Shown: positions 20,211 to 30,785 of the stretch, piece after piece | Layout: each line of letters starts with the position of its first letter | Numbering within the stretch: position 1 is the first letter of the stretch | UHGV virus genome: UHGV-0175496 | DNA length: 39,037 bases | Strand: one strand, 5' to 3' | Source: a virus | The notes under the pieces: model-generated | The model's input: the letters and a program-made list of their open reading frames with translations, nothing else | The model's database searches: none | What the model was told of the DNA's origin: nothing | Made by a program: the position numbers and the translations under genes

Positions 20211-20393
20211 CTATGGCTTTGGGGTAACGCGCTCAAGAGATTCCGGTTTGAAATATCCTTGCTCAAGCTTCTTGCCAGCAAACCATTGACAAAGAAAAGA
20301 GTTACCTTGGGTAGATGAAAATAACCTGATAGTCATGTCAGGTCCGCCTGATTTCAGTTTAACAATGTCACCTGCTTTAAAGTCATTGTTCAT
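20211..20393 (-). CDS. Small conserved protein with a GDxVxLKSGGPxMT motif (DUF2158/YodC-like), antisense to the late operon
   Basis: 60 aa from the ATG at 20391-20393 preceded by AAGGAG; motif DFKAGDIVKLKSGGPDMTI. Family name recalled from memory. Confidence 0.5.
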   Translation of the reverse strand: MNNDFKAGDIVKLKSGGPDMTIRLFSSTQGNSFLCQWFAGKKLEQGYFKPESLERVTPKP

Positions 20394-20419
20394 AACAATC
20401 TCCTTATGGGAAGTAAAAA

Positions 20420-20947
20420 ATGGCACTCACCGACAAACAAGAAATGTTCTGTCGCGAGTACCTCATCGATTTAAATGCCACGCAAGCGGCTATTCGGGCG
20501 GGGTACAGCGCAAAGACAGCTAACCGTACCGCATCCGAAAACCTGTCAAAACCTGACATCAAGTTAAGAATCTCCGAACTGAAAGCGCAACGCAATGATC
20601 TTGTTAGTATTAATGCAGAATATGTACTTAATCGCCTTATTGAAATCGACCAGATGGATGTGCTCGACATTCTCCTGCAAAACGGCGAGTTAAAGCCAAT
20701 TAAAGACTGGCCTAAGGTATGGCGCACAACGTTATCAGGAATGGATGTTGTGGAGATGGTATCCGCAGATAGTGCAGCACTCCTGAAGAAAATCAAATGG
20801 CCTGATAAGGTTAAAAACCTCGAACTTCTTGGTAAGCATGTTTCTGTTCAGGCATTTAAAGAACAATCTTCTCACGAGCTAACCGGCAAAGACGGCGGCG
20901 CAATCCAGATTGAAACATCACCGATGAGCACTCTATTCGGAAAATGA
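20420..20947 (+). CDS. Terminase small subunit
   Basis: 175 aa; N-terminal MALTDKQEMFCREYLIDLNATQAAIRAGYSAKTANRTASENL is a typical TerS HTH; C-terminal GKDGGAIQIETSPMSTLFGK matches the Sf6-group TerS tail as remembered. Confidence 0.8.
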   Translation: MALTDKQEMFCREYLIDLNATQAAIRAGYSAKTANRTASENLSKPDIKLRISELKAQRNDLVSINAEYVLNRLIEIDQMDVLDILLQNGELKPIKDWPKVWRTTLSGMDVVEMVSADSAALLKKIKWPDKVKNLELLGKHVSVQAFKEQSSHELTGKDGGAIQIETSPMSTLFGK

Positions 20948-22356
20948 CCTCGATTAATCCTATCTTTGAACCGTTCATTGAGGCGCATCGCTACAAAGTC
21001 GCCAAAGGCGGTCGAGGTAGCGGTAAATCATGGGCAATTGCGAGACTGCTTGTTGAAGCGGCGCGTCGGCAGCCTGTGCGTATTCTCTGCGCTCGTGAAC
21101 TGCAAAACAGTATCAGCGATTCGGTAATCCGGTTGCTTGAAGATACCATCGAGCGTGAAGGGTATTCTGCTGAGTTTGAAATTCAGCGTTCAATGATTCG
21201 TCATCTCGGAACGAATGCTGAATTCATGTTCTACGGCATCAAAAACAACCCGACGAAGATTAAATCGCTCGAAGGCATTGATATCTGCTGGGTGGAAGAA
21301 GCGGAAGCGGTCACGAAGGAATCATGGGATATCCTGATACCAACCATCCGCAAGCCGTTTTCCGAAATATGGGTGAGCTTTAACCCGAAAAACATCCTCG
21401 ACGATACCTATCAGCGATTCGTCGTAAATCCTCCCGATGATATTTGTCTGCTGACGGTGAACTACACCGACAATCCGCACTTTCCTGAAGTTCTCCGTCT
21501 GGAGATGGAAGAGTGTAAACGCAGAAATCCGACACTGTATCGTCACATCTGGCTTGGTGAGCCAGTAAGCGCAAGTGATATGGCAATCATCAAACGTGAA
21601 TGGCTTGAAGCTGCTACCGATGCGCACAAGAAACTCGGATGGAAAGCGAAAGGCGCTGTTGTCTCTGCGCATGACCCGTCAGATACAGGGCCGGATGCTA
21701 AAGGTTATGCATCGCGTCACGGTTCGGTGGTTAAGCGCATTGCCGAAGGTCTGCTGATGGACATCAACGAGGGTGCTGACTGGGCTACTTCGCTGGCGAT
21801 TGAAGACGGCGCTGACCATTACCTGTGGGATGGTGATGGTGTTGGTGCCGGGCTACGCAGACAGACAACGGAAGCGTTCTCCGGCAAGAAAATCACCGCT
21901 ACGATGTTCAAGGGCAGCGAATCGCCATTTGATGAAGATGCACCATATCAGGCCGGAGCATGGGCTGATGAAGTCGTGCAGGGCGACAACGTTCGCACTA
22001 TTGGCGATGTATTCCGCAATAAGCGAGCGCAATTCTATTACGCGCTAGCTGACAGGCTGTATCTGACATATCGGGCGGTTGTCCACGGTGAGTATGCAGA
22101 CCCCGACGACATGCTGAGTTTCGACAAAGAAGCGATAGGCGAGAAGATGCTGGAGAAGCTGTTTGCAGAACTGACGCAGATTCAGCGCAAATTCAATAAT
22201 AACGGGAAGCTGGAGCTTATGACTAAGGTCGAAATGAAGCAGAAGCTCGGTATTCCATCTCCTAACCTGGCTGATGCGCTGATGATGTGTATGCATTGCC
22301 CGGCATTGGTCCGCGAAGAAACAGAAATATACGTTCCCTCATCCTCCGGTTGGTAA
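20944..22356 (+). CDS. Terminase large subunit
   Basis: 470 aa; Walker A KGGRGSGKS near the N-terminus, C-terminal nuclease domain; ATGA overlap with TerS. Confidence 0.95.
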   Translation: MTSINPIFEPFIEAHRYKVAKGGRGSGKSWAIARLLVEAARRQPVRILCARELQNSISDSVIRLLEDTIEREGYSAEFEIQRSMIRHLGTNAEFMFYGIKNNPTKIKSLEGIDICWVEEAEAVTKESWDILIPTIRKPFSEIWVSFNPKNILDDTYQRFVVNPPDDICLLTVNYTDNPHFPEVLRLEMEECKRRNPTLYRHIWLGEPVSASDMAIIKREWLEAATDAHKKLGWKAKGAVVSAHDPSDTGPDAKGYASRHGSVVKRIAEGLLMDINEGADWATSLAIEDGADHYLWDGDGVGAGLRRQTTEAFSGKKITATMFKGSESPFDEDAPYQAGAWADEVVQGDNVRTIGDVFRNKRAQFYYALADRLYLTYRAVVHGEYADPDDMLSFDKEAIGEKMLEKLFAELTQIQRKFNNNGKLELMTKVEMKQKLGIPSPNLADALMMCMHCPALVREETEIYVPSSSGW

Positions 22357-22358
22357 AC

Positions 22359-24485
22359 ATGGCAGAGACATTAGAGAAAAAACATGAGCGGATCATGCTC
22401 AGGTTTGACCGCGCCTATTCTCCACAGAAGGAAGTGCGCGAAAAGTGCATTGAAGCTACGAGGTTTGCTCGTGTCCCCGGAGGTCAATGGGAAGGAGCAA
22501 CGGCGGCTGGAACTAAGCTTGATGAGCAGTTCGAGAAGTATCCTAAGTTTGAAATCAATAAGGTAGCAACTGAACTTAACCGCATCATTGCAGAATACCG
22601 CAATAACAGAATAACCGTTAAGTTTCGTCCTGGTGACAGAGAGGCAAGCGAAGAGTTAGCCAATAAATTAAATGGTCTGTTCCGTGCTGACTACGAAGAA
22701 ACTGATGGCGGTGAGGCTTGCGATAATGCATTTGACGACGCTGCTACTGGTGGTTTCGGTTGCTTCCGTTTGACGTCGATGCTGGTCAATGAATACGACC
22801 CCATGGACGATCGTCAGCGTATTGCTATTGAACCAATATACGACCCGTCGCGCTCTGTGTGGTTTGACCCTGACGCTAAGAAGTACGACAAATCTGACGC
22901 GTTGTGGGCGTTCTGTATGTATTCGTTGTCACCTGAAAAATATGAGGCTGAATACGGAAAGAAACCTCCTACTTCTCTGGATGTAACGTCTATGACCAGT
23001 TGGGAATATAACTGGTTTGGTGCAGATGTTATTTACATAGCGAAGTATTACGAAGTTCGTAAAGAGTCTGTTGACGTTATCAGTTATCGACATCCAATCA
23101 CTGGAGAGATTGCAACATACGACAGTGATCAGATCGAAGATATTGAAGATGAACTGGCAATAGCTGGATTTCAGGAAGTTGCAAGGCGCTCAGTGAAGCG
23201 CCGTCGTGTGTATGTATCAGTAGTGGATGGTGATGGTTTCCTTGAGAAACCTCGACGTATTCCTGGTGAGCATATCCCCCTCATCCCGGTTTATGGAAAA
23301 CGCTGGTTCATTGATGACATTGAGCGTGTCGAAGGGCACATTGCAAAAGCAATGGATCCACAGCGTTTGTATAACCTTCAGGTATCAATGCTGGCTGATA
23401 CTGCAGCGCAAGACCCCGGTCAGATCCCTATAGTTGGCATGGAGCAAATTCGTGGACTTGAGAAGCACTGGGAGGCTCGCAACAAGAAACGCCCAGCGTT
23501 CTTGCCGTTGCGCGAAGTGAGAGATAAATCTGGCAACATTATCGCTGGAGCTACCCCGGCAGGATATACACAGCCTGCGGTTATGAATCAGGCATTGGCT
23601 GCATTACTACAGCAAACCAGTGCAGATATTCAGGAGGTTACAGGCGGCAGTCAGGCCATGCAGCAGATGCCAAGTAATATTGCTCAGGAAACGGTTAACA
23701 ACTTGATGAACAGAGCAGATATGGCTTCGTTTATCTATCTGGACAATATGGCGAAAAGTCTTAAACGCGCTGGTGAAGTATGGCTGTCAATGGCTCGTGA
23801 AGTGTACGGTTCAGAGCGTGAAGTGCGCATCGTTAACGAAGATGGAAGTGATGATATCGCTGTCCTGAGCGCACAGGTTGTTGACAGGCAAACAGGGGCT
23901 GTTGTTGCGTTAAATGACCTTTCTGTCGGTCGATACGATGTGACGGTTGATGTTGGACCAAGCTACACAGCACGACGTGATGCAACGGTTTCTGTACTGA
24001 CAAATGTCCTTAGCTCTATGCTTCCAACAGACCCAATGCGTCCGGCAATTCAGGGTATTATTCTGGACAATATCGATGGCGAAGGCCTTGATGACTTCAA
24101 AGAGTACAACCGAAACCAACTGCTGATATCTGGCATTGCAAAACCACGCAATGAGAAAGAGCAGCAGATTGTTCAACAGGCGCAAATGGCAGCACAAAGC
24201 CAGCCAAATCCTGAAATGGTTCTCGCTCAGGCGCAAATGGTAGCAGCGCAGGCAGAAGCGCAAAAAGCAACTAACGAAACTGCTCAAACTCAAATCAAAG
24301 CATTTACTGCCCAGCAGGATGCGATGGAGAGTCAGGCAAACACTGTCTATAAACTGGCTCAAGCCAGAAACATCGATGACAAAGCAGTGATGGAGGCAAT
24401 ACGCCTTCTGAAAGATGTCGCCGAGTCACAACAACAGCAATTCCAGTCACCACCACAGTCTCCGGCAGACTTAATGCCGAGTTAA
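22359..24485 (+). CDS. Portal protein (P22 gp1-like)
   Basis: About 708 aa from ATG 22359; segments such as GEHIPLIPVYGKRWFIDDIERVEGH parallel the P22 portal; Q-rich C-terminal barrel region. Confidence 0.9.
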   Translation: MAETLEKKHERIMLRFDRAYSPQKEVREKCIEATRFARVPGGQWEGATAAGTKLDEQFEKYPKFEINKVATELNRIIAEYRNNRITVKFRPGDREASEELANKLNGLFRADYEETDGGEACDNAFDDAATGGFGCFRLTSMLVNEYDPMDDRQRIAIEPIYDPSRSVWFDPDAKKYDKSDALWAFCMYSLSPEKYEAEYGKKPPTSLDVTSMTSWEYNWFGADVIYIAKYYEVRKESVDVISYRHPITGEIATYDSDQIEDIEDELAIAGFQEVARRSVKRRRVYVSVVDGDGFLEKPRRIPGEHIPLIPVYGKRWFIDDIERVEGHIAKAMDPQRLYNLQVSMLADTAAQDPGQIPIVGMEQIRGLEKHWEARNKKRPAFLPLREVRDKSGNIIAGATPAGYTQPAVMNQALAALLQQTSADIQEVTGGSQAMQQMPSNIAQETVNNLMNRADMASFIYLDNMAKSLKRAGEVWLSMAREVYGSEREVRIVNEDGSDDIAVLSAQVVDRQTGAVVALNDLSVGRYDVTVDVGPSYTARRDATVSVLTNVLSSMLPTDPMRPAIQGIILDNIDGEGLDDFKEYNRNQLLISGIAKPRNEKEQQIVQQAQMAAQSQPNPEMVLAQAQMVAAQAEAQKATNETAQTQIKAFTAQQDAMESQANTVYKLAQARNIDDKAVMEAIRLLKDVAESQQQQFQSPPQSPADLMPS

Positions 24486-24498
24486 CCAGGAGTAATCA

Positions 24499-25383
24499 AT
24501 GGAAAACGAACTGATCATCGACGGTCAGGTTATTGACCTGTCTGAAACGCAGGAAAATGCAGAAGAAACCATCATCCAAACAGAGTCACAGCCTGAGAAT
24601 GAAAGCCAGGATGACAACGGAAAAGAGATGGCAACTGATCCTGAAAAAACCGAAGAGACACCAGAAGATTACGCCTTGCGTATTGGTGATGAAGAAATTC
24701 AGCTTAACGCTGACGATGATGATCACATTGACGGGCAACCTGCACCGCAATGGGTGAAAGATCTTCGCAAAGGCTTCAAAGAAACACAGAAAGAAAACCG
24801 TGAGTTGCGCCGCCAGCTTGAGGAAGCATTAGCCAAGCCTGCGGAACATCAGCAACCACAACCAGACGCTATTCCACCAAAACCGACTCTTGAGTCGTGT
24901 GATTATGACGAACAGGCGTTTGAACAGGCATTGACTGATTGGCATGAGAAAAAAGGCCGTGTCGAACAGCAGCAGCAACAAAAACTACGTCAGCAACAGG
25001 AATACCAACAGCGTTTCCAGCAAAGGGTAGAAGCGCATAAACAACGGGCAGCCAAACTTCCTGTGAAAGATTATCAGGAAATGGAGGCCATTGTTCTTAG
25101 TGAGCTACCACCAATTCAGCAGGAAATCATCATTCACTGTGCAGACGAAGGCTCTGAACTACTCGCCTATGGCTTAGGTAAGAGCCAGCAATTACGCCAG
25201 CGTGTAGCCGCTGAGACAGATCCAATTCGCGCAGCATTCCTCTTGGGGCAGATTAGCAAACAGGTAAGCCTTGCTCCAAAACCAAAGAAAGCCATCAAGC
25301 CAGAGCCGGAAGTACGTGGTGGCGGTGCTGATGCGAAACAAGACGAATTCAACAAATTATGCCCCGGCGCAAAAATCGAATAA
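24499..25383 (+). CDS. Scaffolding protein
   Basis: 294 aa; highly acidic and Q-rich with a basic helix-rich C-terminus; lies between portal and coat as P22 gp8 does. Confidence 0.8.
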   Translation: MENELIIDGQVIDLSETQENAEETIIQTESQPENESQDDNGKEMATDPEKTEETPEDYALRIGDEEIQLNADDDDHIDGQPAPQWVKDLRKGFKETQKENRELRRQLEEALAKPAEHQQPQPDAIPPKPTLESCDYDEQAFEQALTDWHEKKGRVEQQQQQKLRQQQEYQQRFQQRVEAHKQRAAKLPVKDYQEMEAIVLSELPPIQQEIIIHCADEGSELLAYGLGKSQQLRQRVAAETDPIRAAFLLGQISKQVSLAPKPKKAIKPEPEVRGGGADAKQDEFNKLCPGAKIE

Positions 25384-25394
25384 GGAAAAGATAA

Positions 25395-26666
25395 ATGCCT
25401 AACAATCTCGACAGTAACGTCAGTCAAATCGTTCTGAAAAAATTCCTTCCTGGTTTTATGTCAGATTTAGTTCTGGCGAAAACCGTAGACCGTCAGTTGC
25501 TGGCAGGTGAAATCAACTCCAGCACTGGCGATAGCGTTAGCTTTAAACGTCCGCATCAATTCTCATCCCTCCGTACTCCCACTGGTGATATTTCAGGGCA
25601 AAATAAAAACAACCTGATCTCAGGTAAAGCTACGGGGCGTGTAGGTAACTACATCACTGTTGCTGTTGAATATCAGCAACTGGAGGAAGCGATCAAGCTT
25701 AACCAACTGGAGGAAATTCTCGCGCCGGTTCGCCAGCGAATCGTTACCGACCTTGAAACAGAGCTTGCTCACTTCATGATGAATAACGGTGCGTTGTCAC
25801 TTGGTAGCCCCAATACTCCAATCACCAAATGGTCTGATGTTGCGCAGACGGCATCTTTCCTGAAAGACCTCGGCGTTAATGAAGGTGAAAACTATGCTGT
25901 AATGGATCCATGGTCTGCACAGCGACTTGCTGATGCGCAGACTGGTTTGCACGCTTCAGATCAATTGGTTCGTACTGCATGGGAGAATGCACAGATCCCA
26001 ACCAATTTTGGCGGCATTCGCGCACTGATGTCTAATGGGCTTGCATCTCGTACGCAGGGGGCATTTGGCGGAACACTGACAGTCAAAACACAGCCAACTG
26101 TTACCTATAACGCAGTTAAAGACTCATACCAGTTCACTGTAACATTGACCGGAGCGACAGCCAGCGTTACAGGTTTTCTGAAAGCTGGTGATCAGGTTAA
26201 ATTCACCAATACCTACTGGCTGCAACAGCAGACCAAACAGGCGTTGTATAACGGAGCCACACCAATTAGCTTCACTGCAACGGTTACTGCTGATGCTAAT
26301 TCAGACAGCAGTGGCGATGTGACGGTTACGCTTTCTGGTGTTCCGATTTATGACACTACAAACCCGCAGTACAACTCTGTAAGTCGTCAGGTAGCGGCAG
26401 GCGATGCCGTATCTGTAGTAGGCACTGCTAGCCAGACAATGAAGCCAAACCTGTTCTATAACAAGTTCTTCTGTGGACTTGGCTCTATCCCACTGCCGAA
26501 ACTGCACAGTATTGATTCTGCTGTTGCAACATATGAAGGTTTCTCCATCCGCGTACATAAATACGCAGATGGCGATGCCAACGTGCAAAAAATGCGCTTT
26601 GACTTACTGCCTGCATATGTGTGCTTTAACCCTCACATGGGCGGTCAGTTCTTCGGTAATCCGTAA
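25395..26666 (+). CDS. Major coat protein (Sf6/HK620-group)
   Basis: 423 aa followed by a strong terminator; position and size fit P22-like coat genes. Confidence 0.85.
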   Translation: MPNNLDSNVSQIVLKKFLPGFMSDLVLAKTVDRQLLAGEINSSTGDSVSFKRPHQFSSLRTPTGDISGQNKNNLISGKATGRVGNYITVAVEYQQLEEAIKLNQLEEILAPVRQRIVTDLETELAHFMMNNGALSLGSPNTPITKWSDVAQTASFLKDLGVNEGENYAVMDPWSAQRLADAQTGLHASDQLVRTAWENAQIPTNFGGIRALMSNGLASRTQGAFGGTLTVKTQPTVTYNAVKDSYQFTVTLTGATASVTGFLKAGDQVKFTNTYWLQQQTKQALYNGATPISFTATVTADANSDSSGDVTVTLSGVPIYDTTNPQYNSVSRQVAAGDAVSVVGTASQTMKPNLFYNKFFCGLGSIPLPKLHSIDSAVATYEGFSIRVHKYADGDANVQKMRFDLLPAYVCFNPHMGGQFFGNP

Positions 26667-26671
26667 TAACA

Positions 26672-26695
26672 AGGGGCTTCCGCCCCTTTTATGTT
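26672..26695 (+). terminator. Intrinsic terminator after the coat gene (AAGGGGC-TTCC-GCCCCTT, TTTTATGTTTT)
   Basis: Perfect 7-bp GC-rich stem with a T-run, directly after the coat stop codon. Confidence 0.75.
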
Positions 26696-26708
26696 TTAAG
26701 GAAACAAT

Positions 26709-26894
26709 ATGGATCGCATGAGTGTATTCCTTGCCGCAGATAACGAATCCGGACATGTACAGGCCGTTATCGCAGAAAAAGACTTCCAGTTTTTCGAAAA
26801 GTTGGGCTTTGTTGCCTCAGTTGATGAATTGAAACCGACCAGTAAGCGAGGTCGTAAGGCGGCAGACAATGGCAACAGTACTGACAAAGGGTGA
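26709..26894 (+). CDS. Hypothetical small protein
   Basis: 61 aa; ATG with AAGGAAACAAT RBS just after the coat terminator. Confidence 0.45.
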   Translation: MDRMSVFLAADNESGHVQAVIAEKDFQFFEKLGFVASVDELKPTSKRGRKAADNGNSTDKG

Positions 26895-27351
26895 GATCGT
26901 CCTTTTTGCGCTTCGTAAGTTTGCTATTGCTTCTAATGCATCGCTGACTGATGTTGAGCCGCAATCAATTGAAGATGGTGTAAATGATCTGGAAGATATG
27001 ATGTCCGAGTGGATGATTAACCCCGGCGACATTGGTTACGCTTTCGCAACTGGAGATGAGCAGCCATTACCAGATGATGAGTCAGGTCTTCCAAGAAAAT
27101 ACAAACACGCAGTAGGCTATCAGTTATTGCTGAGAATGCTATCTGATTACAGCCTTGAACCAACTCCGCAAGTTCTCAGTAACGCCCAACGCTCATATGA
27201 TGCCTTGATGACCGACACTCTGGTTGTTCCTTCAATACGACGACGTGGAGATTTTCCTGTAGGACAGGGTAATAAATATGACGTGTTCACATCTGACCGA
27301 TATTATCCAGGCGATCTCCCTCTGATTGATGGCGATATCACAAACGCATAG
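26869..27351 (+). CDS. Head completion / tail accessory protein (P22 gp4-like)
   Basis: 160 aa, first gene of the gp4-gp10-gp26 block by synteny and size. Confidence 0.65.
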   Translation: MATVLTKGEIVLFALRKFAIASNASLTDVEPQSIEDGVNDLEDMMSEWMINPGDIGYAFATGDEQPLPDDESGLPRKYKHAVGYQLLLRMLSDYSLEPTPQVLSNAQRSYDALMTDTLVVPSIRRRGDFPVGQGNKYDVFTSDRYYPGDLPLIDGDITNA

Positions 27352-27359
27352 GTGAATAA

Positions 27360-28778
27360 ATGCCGATTCAGCAACTTCCGCTTATGAAAGGTGTCGGCAA
27401 AGACTTTCGAAACGCCGACTATATCGACTATCTACCAGTGAATATGTTGGCTACACCCAAAGAAATCCTTAACAGCAGCGGATATCTTCGCTCATTCCCG
27501 GGCATTGCCAAACGTTCTGATGTGAACGGTGTATCTCGCGGCGTCGAGTACAACATGGCGCAGAATGCTGTTTATCGTGTGTGTGGTGGAAAGCTCTACA
27601 AAGGCGAAAGTGAAGTCGGTGACGTCGCCGGAAGTGGCCGCGTATCAATGGCGCACGGTAGGACATCACAGGCAGTAGGCGTTAATGGTCAACTGGTCGA
27701 GTATCGTTATGATGGCACGGTTAAAACCGTCTCAAACTGGCCTACAGACAGCGGATTCACGCAGTATGAGTTAGGTTCGGTTCGCGACATTACGCGCTTA
27801 CGTGGGCGTTATGCGTGGTCAAAAGACGGAACTGATTCATGGTTTATCACTGACCTTGGAGACGAATCGCATCCTGACCGCTACAGCGCACAATATCGGG
27901 CAGAATCGCAGCCGGACGGAATCATCGGAATCGGAACATGGCGAGACTTCATTGTCTGCTTTGGTTCATCGACGATTGAATATTTTTCCCTGACAGGTGC
28001 AACCACCGTTGGTGCTGCTTTGTATGTCGCGCAGCCATCACTGATGGTGCAAAAAGGCATCGCCGGAACTTACTGCAAAACGCCGTTTGCTGATTCCTAT
28101 GCTTTCATCAGCAATCCGGCAACAGGTGCGCCGTCTGTGTATATCATCGGCTCCGGGCAGGTGTCACCAATCGCCAGCGCGAGCATTGAGAAAATCCTCC
28201 GCTCCTACACTGCTGATGAACTGGCTGATGGCGTGATGGAATCGCTGCGATTTGATGCGCATGAGTTGCTGATTATCCACCTTCCGCGCCATGTTCTAGT
28301 ATACGACGCATCTTCAAGTGCCAATGGTCCGCAATGGTGTGTGCTGAAAACAGGACTGTATGACGATGTGTACCGCGCTATCGACTTCATTTACGAAGGC
28401 AATCAGATAACGTGCGGTGATAAGCTGGAGTCCGTGACCGGGAAATTGCAATTCGACATCAGCAGCCAGTACGACAAGCAACAGGAACACCTGCTGTTTA
28501 CTCCACTCTTCAAAGCAGATAACGCCAGAGTTTTCGACCTTGAAGTTGAATCTTCAACTGGCGTTGCGCAGTATGCTGACCGCCTTTTTCTCTCTGCAAC
28601 CACTGACGGCATCAATTACGGTCGTGAGCAGATGATTGAGCAGAATGAACCGTTCGTTTATGACAAACGTGTTTTGTGGAAGCGAGTAGGGCGCATCAGG
28701 AAAAATGTCGGCTTCAAATTGCGCGTTATCACGAAGTCACCTGTCACTCTGTCTGGCGCTCAGATAAGGATTGAGTAA
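27360..28778 (+). CDS. Tail accessory / packaged-DNA stabilisation protein (P22 gp10-like)
   Basis: 472 aa, the same length as P22 gp10, in the expected position. Confidence 0.7.
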   Translation: MPIQQLPLMKGVGKDFRNADYIDYLPVNMLATPKEILNSSGYLRSFPGIAKRSDVNGVSRGVEYNMAQNAVYRVCGGKLYKGESEVGDVAGSGRVSMAHGRTSQAVGVNGQLVEYRYDGTVKTVSNWPTDSGFTQYELGSVRDITRLRGRYAWSKDGTDSWFITDLGDESHPDRYSAQYRAESQPDGIIGIGTWRDFIVCFGSSTIEYFSLTGATTVGAALYVAQPSLMVQKGIAGTYCKTPFADSYAFISNPATGAPSVYIIGSGQVSPIASASIEKILRSYTADELADGVMESLRFDAHELLIIHLPRHVLVYDASSSANGPQWCVLKTGLYDDVYRAIDFIYEGNQITCGDKLESVTGKLQFDISSQYDKQQEHLLFTPLFKADNARVFDLEVESSTGVAQYADRLFLSATTDGINYGREQMIEQNEPFVYDKRVLWKRVGRIRKNVGFKLRVITKSPVTLSGAQIRIE

Positions 28779-29626
28779 TGGCGGATTCGAATCTCAATGT
28801 GCCGGTAATCATTCAGGCCACACGGCTCGACACATCAGTCCTTCCACGCAATATCTTCTCGCAGTCGTATCTGCTTTACGTTATCGCACAGGGCACTGAT
28901 GTTGGTAATGTGGCTAACAAGGCCAACGAGGCCGGACAGGGCGCTTATGATGCACAGGTCAGGAACGATGAGCAGGATGTGATTCTCGCTGACCATGAGC
29001 AGCGAATTTCTGCTGCGGAAGCAACGCTTGTTAATCATGAGGAGCGAATCAGCCAGGCAGAATCAACTCTTCAGGAACATGAAACACGAATAGCTCAGAA
29101 TGAAAGCGATATTGCGTCGCTTGATACCAGAGTTCAGTCGCTGGAATCGCAGGTTTCAGACCATGAAACGCGCATCGATGCTCTGGAGTATGCCACTACT
29201 CGCAAGAAGTCAGAGGTTGTTTACTCTGGCGTATCTGTAACCATCCCGACAGCGCCGACCAACCTTGTTAGCCTGCTGAAAACGCTCACGCCGTCATCCG
29301 GCTCGTTGGCACCATTCTTCGACACCGTTAACGACAAGATGGTTGTGTTCAACGAGAACAAAACCTTGTTCTTCAAGCTGTCGATCGTCGGGACGTGGCC
29401 CAGCGGAACCGCCAACAGGTCAATGCAGCTAACCTTTTCAGGCTCTGTTCCTGACACACTGGTAAGCAGTCGTAATGCGGCGACAACAACCGACAACATC
29501 CTGTTAGCTACGTTCTTCAGCGTGGATAAAGACGGCTTTCTTGCCACAAATGGCAGTACGTTAACCATTCAGTCAAATGGGGCGGCGTTTACTGCCACAA
29601 CCATCAAGATAATCGCGGAGCAGTAA
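28778..29626 (+). CDS. Tail needle (P22 gp26-like) with C-terminal knob
   Basis: 282 aa; repeating coiled-coil heptads ([43 protein letters not shown]...) then a ~120-aa C-terminal extension, as in Sf6/HK620-type needles. Confidence 0.8.
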   Translation: MADSNLNVPVIIQATRLDTSVLPRNIFSQSYLLYVIAQGTDVGNVANKANEAGQGAYDAQVRNDEQDVILADHEQRISAAEATLVNHEERISQAESTLQEHETRIAQNESDIASLDTRVQSLESQVSDHETRIDALEYATTRKKSEVVYSGVSVTIPTAPTNLVSLLKTLTPSSGSLAPFFDTVNDKMVVFNENKTLFFKLSIVGTWPSGTANRSMQLTFSGSVPDTLVSSRNAATTTDNILLATFFSVDKDGFLATNGSTLTIQSNGAAFTATTIKIIAEQ

Positions 29627-30081
29627 TGATTCAGTTCAAACCAACGCGAAACATCGACCTGATCGAAGCAGTCGGAAATCACCCTGACATTATTGCCGGA
29701 AGCAACAACGGTGATGGATACGAATACAAGCCTGAATGCCGTTACTTTGAGGTGAACGTGCACGGTCAGTTTGGCGGCATTGTTTACTATCAGGAGATTC
29801 AGCCGCTGACATTCGATTGCCACGCCATGTACCTGCCAGAGATTCGCGGCTTCAGCAAGGAAATCGGGCTGGCGTTCTGGCGATACATTCTGACTAACAC
29901 CACCGTTCAGTGCGTCACATCGTTCGCTGCACGCAAATTCCGCCACGGGCAGATGTACTGCGCAATGATTGGCCTTAAGCGTGTAGGAACCATCAAGAAA
30001 TACTTCAAAGGCGTGGATGACGTGACATTTTACAGTGCTACACGCGAAGAACTAATCGACTTCCTGAATCACGGGAGATAG
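29626..30081 (+). CDS. gp14-like head assembly / ejection-associated protein
   Basis: 151 aa; assigned by position after the tail needle; TAATG overlap. Confidence 0.5.
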   Translation: MIQFKPTRNIDLIEAVGNHPDIIAGSNNGDGYEYKPECRYFEVNVHGQFGGIVYYQEIQPLTFDCHAMYLPEIRGFSKEIGLAFWRYILTNTTVQCVTSFAARKFRHGQMYCAMIGLKRVGTIKKYFKGVDDVTFYSATREELIDFLNHGR

Positions 30082-30083
30082 CC

Positions 30084-30776
30084 ATGTTATATGCATTTAA
30101 GCTGGGCAGAAAACTGCGCGGCGAGGAACCTTATTGCCCTGAAAAAGGCGGGAAAGGTGGCAGCTCTGATAAAAGCGCAAAGTATGCAGCAGAAGCTCAG
30201 AAGTATGCCGCAGACCTGCAAAATCAGCAGTGGCAGACGATCATGAAAAACCTTGCTCCGTTCACGCCGCTTGCGGAGCAGTATGTTAACCAGCTTCAGA
30301 ATCTTTCCAGTTTAGAAGGTCAGGGGCAGGCACTTAATCAGTATTACAATTCTCAGCAGTATAAAGACCTTGCAGGTCAGGCTCGTTACCAGAGTCTTGC
30401 TGCTGCGGAGGCGACTGGCGGACTTGGTTCGACAGCCACAAGCAATCAACTGGCTACGATTGCTCCGACTCTCGGTCAGTCGTGGTTATCAAACCAGATG
30501 AGCAATTACAACAATCTGGCAAACGTTGGGCTTGGTGCGCTGCAAGGTCAGGCAAACGCTGGGCAGACATACGCCAACAACATGAGCAGCATTGCACAGC
30601 AAAGTGCAGCACTTGCCGCTGCTAATGCCAATAAACCATCAAGTCTTCAGACTGCAATTAGCGGTGGCACGTCTGGTGCGATTGCCGGTGCAGGTCTTGC
30701 CAGTCTTTTGGGAACATCAACGCCTTGGGGCGCTGGCATTGGTGCTGGTATCGGATTGCTTGGCTCGTTGTTTTAA
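30084..30776 (+). CDS. Ejection (internal virion) protein, P22 gp7-like
   Basis: 230 aa with a Gly/Ala-rich hydrophobic C-terminus (GAIAGAGLASLLGTSTPWGAGIGAGIGLLGSLF); size matches P22 gp7. Confidence 0.65.
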   Translation: MLYAFKLGRKLRGEEPYCPEKGGKGGSSDKSAKYAAEAQKYAADLQNQQWQTIMKNLAPFTPLAEQYVNQLQNLSSLEGQGQALNQYYNSQQYKDLAGQARYQSLAAAEATGGLGSTATSNQLATIAPTLGQSWLSNQMSNYNNLANVGLGALQGQANAGQTYANNMSSIAQQSAALAAANANKPSSLQTAISGGTSGAIAGAGLASLLGTSTPWGAGIGAGIGLLGSLF

Positions 30777-30785
30777 GGGGTAATC

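Noticed and set aside
21322-24362. Minus-strand ORFs inside TerL and portal (21322..21672, 21380..21586, 22045..22296, 23910..24362)
   Set aside because: Antisense to strongly supported structural genes; no independent signals.
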